A stretch of DNA of 64,000 nucleotides from Elsinoe ampelina (taxonomy: Eukaryota): assembly GCA_010093995.1 (NCBI GenBank), contig ML992501.1:1-64000 (forward strand), in the 5' to 3' direction. Shown one piece after another: positions 60,246 to 64,000 of the stretch. Below the pieces are notes generated by a model. That model was not told the origin of the DNA. It searched no databases and was given only the letters and a program-made list of their open reading frames with translations. Numbering within the stretch: position 1 is the first letter of the stretch; each line of letters starts with the position of its first letter. Both the position numbers and the translations under genes were made by a program.

Positions 60246-61078
60246 ATCGTATGGTACCGTACTATAGAGACTGTTGAACCTGGGTGGATCGGGTGGAGTT
60301 GTGCAGACACTATCTTGCAGGAAAGGATTTGGCGGTGGGCGACCAGGTGGTTGATAGGGAGTCTTGAGGGTAACTTGTATAGGTAAATACGGCCCGAGAA
60401 ACTGAGCGACTAGTATCCCAACTACCAGTAGGACGGAGAAGTAATAATACGGCTGGAAGACTAGCGATGTGGAGACAGACTGAGTTTGGAAGCGTGACGG
60501 GATGAGGTCCTGGTCGACAGAGGCAGCGTGAAGGTCGTCGAAGGAATTGGTCCTTGAGATATGAGGGAGAGACTTTGCTCGAATTCTGAATGCCAGCTTG
60601 ACTATCCAGGCGGGTAAGGTATGCAGGTGTTACAAGGCGGGTGGTGAGCTGTCGTGTGCAGCGTTGAGTAGTGGATGACGGAGCTCTCGGAGTCGAAATT
60701 GTTGGTTGAAAGATCTAGGTTCTTAGCGGGGAGTGCGGGGTCGTCATGGCTTGGTTTTGGCGGTATCGAGCTAGCCTCGTTAAACCTAGTTTCTCTTCGC
60801 TTGGGTTTGCAGAGTGCCACGACCTCACCTGCATCCTCTTTGCCATCCATTGGTCGCCCTTTGTCCATGGGTAGCACATGCGATACAGGATGGTATAGTC
60901 AGCCGTACAAATCTTGATTGTCGGACGCGTTGTAGGCCGTCATTGACGCGTGGTATCACGTGTCTTTTCAGCAGCAAGTATTTGTCGCCGAGTGCTTCTT
61001 TGAATTTCACCACTCACCTCGCGCATCTCCTCTATACACCTTTCTGGCGCTCACAATAAAGCGGGGGCTCGATCAATC

Positions 61079-61517
61079 ATGCCACAAGAGACAGTCTTCG
61101 ATCTGACGTCCTTGACGGAGAGCCTAGTAAATTCCACTAACGACAAGCAATACTTTGCAAATACTGACGCCTTGCAGCAAGATATCCAGCTGGTTGGTGA
61201 TGCACCTCCGCCACCCATGGGTCCTGAAGAAACAGTCAAGGTCACCGTACTCGATCGCATTCACAACGCCATCGTCTCATACCAGATGTCCTCCAACACT
61301 CGAATGGCGATCCTTATGACTAGACATGCCGAAATGGCCGCATACAACCTAGACACCGTGGTGTTCCAGCTCGGGGCTAGGAAGATACTGCCACAAGACA
61401 CGCCGTATTCTGTCAGTAACATGAATGTCATGGCCTTATTTACACACACTGACCCACCGACAGGCTAAGATCAAGGGTGCCGGAGGCTTCATTAGCGTTC
61501 GCCAAAGTGGCAGCTGA
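61079..61517 (+). CDS. Divergent SUMO-like (ubiquitin-fold) protein, 128 aa (exons 61079-61411, 61464-61517)
   Basis: VKVTVLD...YQMSSNTRMAILMTRHAE...DTVVFQLGARKILPQDTPYS|AKIKGAGGFISVRQSGS* follows the SUMO pattern (KIKxTT.L.KLM...LRF..DG.RI...TP). Intron GTCAGT...CTGAC...CAG. Confidence 0.65.
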
Positions 61518-62160
61518 TCTGTCTTCGATTGCCTGTGGTCTATGCCGATCGAGCATCATATCGAAAGCTGATGCGACAGGTTCGTGCCGTTAGGCGCTCA
61601 AGGATCCCTGTGGCACGACTTCTATTCGACGATCCAACACAAGAATGACATAACAAAGACAATGGCGTTGCAGTGCTGAGAAAGCTCACATCCGACGTTC
61701 GTTCAGCGAGTGACGATGGGATATTACCACCATCATGAGAACTTGAGCTCTGAGAATTTGTCCAGAGATGCAAGGCTGTTATGGGGTGACGACAAGCGGC
61801 ACGCGCGTCTGCAGAGGCTCAAATGTCGTGCAAAATATGCTAGACTTCCGTTCATGCACATATCAAGCACGATAGCAACGTGTGCCGACTCCGAAATGTT
61901 CACATCGTAGGGGGCAGTGATGAATGCTTCGCAAGAAAATGATCCGGAAGAGGGAGGCCTCGGCAGTTGTCGGAAGTGCTTGTCCGACTTCCGGAGCATG
62001 ACGATGTCAACAATTTTTCTGGAAAGTCAGTCGGCTTCGCGACAAACCACCTAAAAGACACCCTTACACGAGCAATTGGATATCTCTCAGCGCTTCTGAC
62101 CCTTCATACTCCTTCCTGCCCCCTATCTGCCTTCTCCAATCGTCCTCATCGCCCATCAAT

Positions 62161-63962
62161 ATGCAGAGAATAGCTCCTGCAGGCAAGCGAATTGCCTCGG
62201 GAGCGAAAGCTTCAATCCCCGCTCGCAGCCTGCATGCGGCCTCGCCCAACCTAGGTCAGTAGCCGATCCTTTTCTTCATACATATCACTGTCACACCCGT
62301 CTGACTATCCTTCAGCCTCCTCATCTCTCCGTTCCACAACCGCATTCTCAGCCACACGTTTCTCGCGATCAGCTGCAACCATTCCCGCGACCTCCCGATT
62401 CTTCTCACAAACAGCAACAATGGCGCAGAACACGAGGACGGAAAGCGATGCGTTCGGAAACATTGATGTCCCGGCCGACAAGTACGACAACCTCACCGCA
62501 TACATGGCTTCCTCAGACCAGCACAAGAGGGCGGTCGCGATGGTAGCATCAGCTAACATTGGCCAGGTACTGGGGAGCGCAAACCCAGCGATCTCTCACC
62601 AACTTCGAAATCAACCAGCCGACCGACCGTCAGCCACTGCCTGTCATTCGAGCTCTGGGAATCCTGAAAGGCGCTGCGGCCACTGTGAACATGCGATACG
62701 GCCTGGACCCCAAGGTCGGCGAAGCGATCCAGCAAGCAGCTTCAGAAGTCGCCTCCCTGAAACTGGCAGAGCACTTTCCTCTGGTTGTCTGGCAGACCGG
62801 TTCCGGTACTCAGTCAAACATGAACGCGAACGAGGTCATTTCGAACAGAGCAATTGAGATCTTGGGTGGCACGATGGGCAGCAAGAAGCCGGTACACCCG
62901 AACGACCATGTCAACATGTCTGCCTCATCAAACGACACTTTCCCTACGGTCATGCACATCGCCGCCGTTCTCGACTTTGAAGAGTCTCTTCTTCCATCTC
63001 TCCGCAACCTCCGGGGCGCACTTAAGAAGAAGGAAGAGGCATGGCAGCACATCATCAAGATTGGACGCACGCATTTGATGGACGCTACACCCCTGCGGCT
63101 GGCAGACAGCTGCGGAGCTTGGAGACAACAGTTGGATTACGGCATCGAGAGGGTGGAGTCCGCTCTTCCGAGACTACGACTTTTGGCACAAGGAGGTACC
63201 GCTGTCGGATCCGGTCTGAACACATTCAAGGGCTTTGCAGAAGGCATCGCAGAAGAGGTTACCAAGATGACTGGACACCAATTCCACACCGCGCCCAACA
63301 AGTTCGAGGCTCTCGCTGCACACGATGCGATCGTGGAGGCACACGGACAGCTCAATACCCTGGCAACCTCTCTCTACAAGATTGCTCAGGACATTCGCTT
63401 CCTCGGATCTGGTCCTCGTTGCGGTCTGGCCGAGTTGAAGCTTCCGGAGAACGAGCCCGGTTCTTCTATCATGCCTGGAAAGGTCAATCCGACGCAATGC
63501 GAGAGCTTGACCATGATTTGCGCTCAGGTCTTTGGCAACCAGACCGCTGTTACTTTTGCAGGCTCACAAGGCAATTTTGAGCTCAATGTGTTCAAGCCAG
63601 TCATGATCAAGAATTTGCTTCACAGCTCTAGGCTTCTTGCAGATGGCATGAGGAGCTTCCAGAAGAACCTGGTTGACGGAATGGAGGCAGACGAGGAGAG
63701 GATTGCCGCTTTGATGAGGGAGAGGTAAGACCTTACCACTTGACCGTGTTCCTCGGATTTTACTAACGCTTACAGTCTCATGCTCGTCACCTGTCTCAAC
63801 CCCGTCATCGGCTACGACATGGCCTCGAAAGTAGCCAAGAACGCCCACAAGAAGCGCATCACGCTCAAGGAGAGCGCCATGGAACTCAAAGCCCTCAGCG
63901 AGGAGCAATTCGACCAAACCGTGCGACCAGAACTGATGCTCGCCCCAAAAGAGAAGAAATAG
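62161..63962 (+). CDS. fum1: Fumarate hydratase class II with mitochondrial presequence (exons 62161-62254, 62316-62481, 62567-63724, 63776-63962)
   Basis: Motifs [28 protein letters not shown] and the [11 protein letters not shown] signature. Arg/Ser/Ala-rich leader without acidic residues. Confidence 0.96.
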
Positions 63963-64000
63963 AGTTGCAGTAGATACTGTACAGCATAGCTTATGCGAAT

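Noticed and set aside
1..64000. tRNA, rRNA, CRISPR arrays or telomeric repeats
   Set aside because: None recognised by eye. Small ncRNAs cannot be excluded without tRNAscan or Infernal.

Overview
Filamentous ascomycete (Pezizomycotina) genomic DNA, with short (about 45-85 nt) GT-AG introns and CTRAC branch sites. The first ~2.36 kb is a RIP-mutated (TpA-rich) Ty1/copia LTR retrotransposon, interrupted by an assembly gap. It contains the pol RNase H end (3-362), a PPT (2205-2214) and a 142-bp 3' LTR (2215-2356). Between pol and the LTR lies what reads, after reversing RIP changes, as an antisense, intron-containing cargo gene for a secreted protein; this is the most unusual feature in the window. 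The rest is gene-dense. The left part holds rec8, an O-methyltransferase, secreted enzymes (DUF5695 protein, subtilisin, S1/P1 nuclease, PchP-like phosphatase, CE12 esterase, S10 carboxypeptidase), an ankyrin-CorA protein, MFS and AzgA transporters, and a secreted charge-blocked repeat protein. The right part holds housekeeping genes (NEW1/elf1, SEN1, MCM1, MIC19, a GNAT, glucokinase, fumarase). Several spliced genes not recoverable from the ORF track were rebuilt by hand: a 90-aa protein next to the LTR, a 4-exon beta-prism-like protein, and a divergent SUMO-like protein lacking the di-Gly end. All family assignments come from motif recognition by eye; no searches were run.
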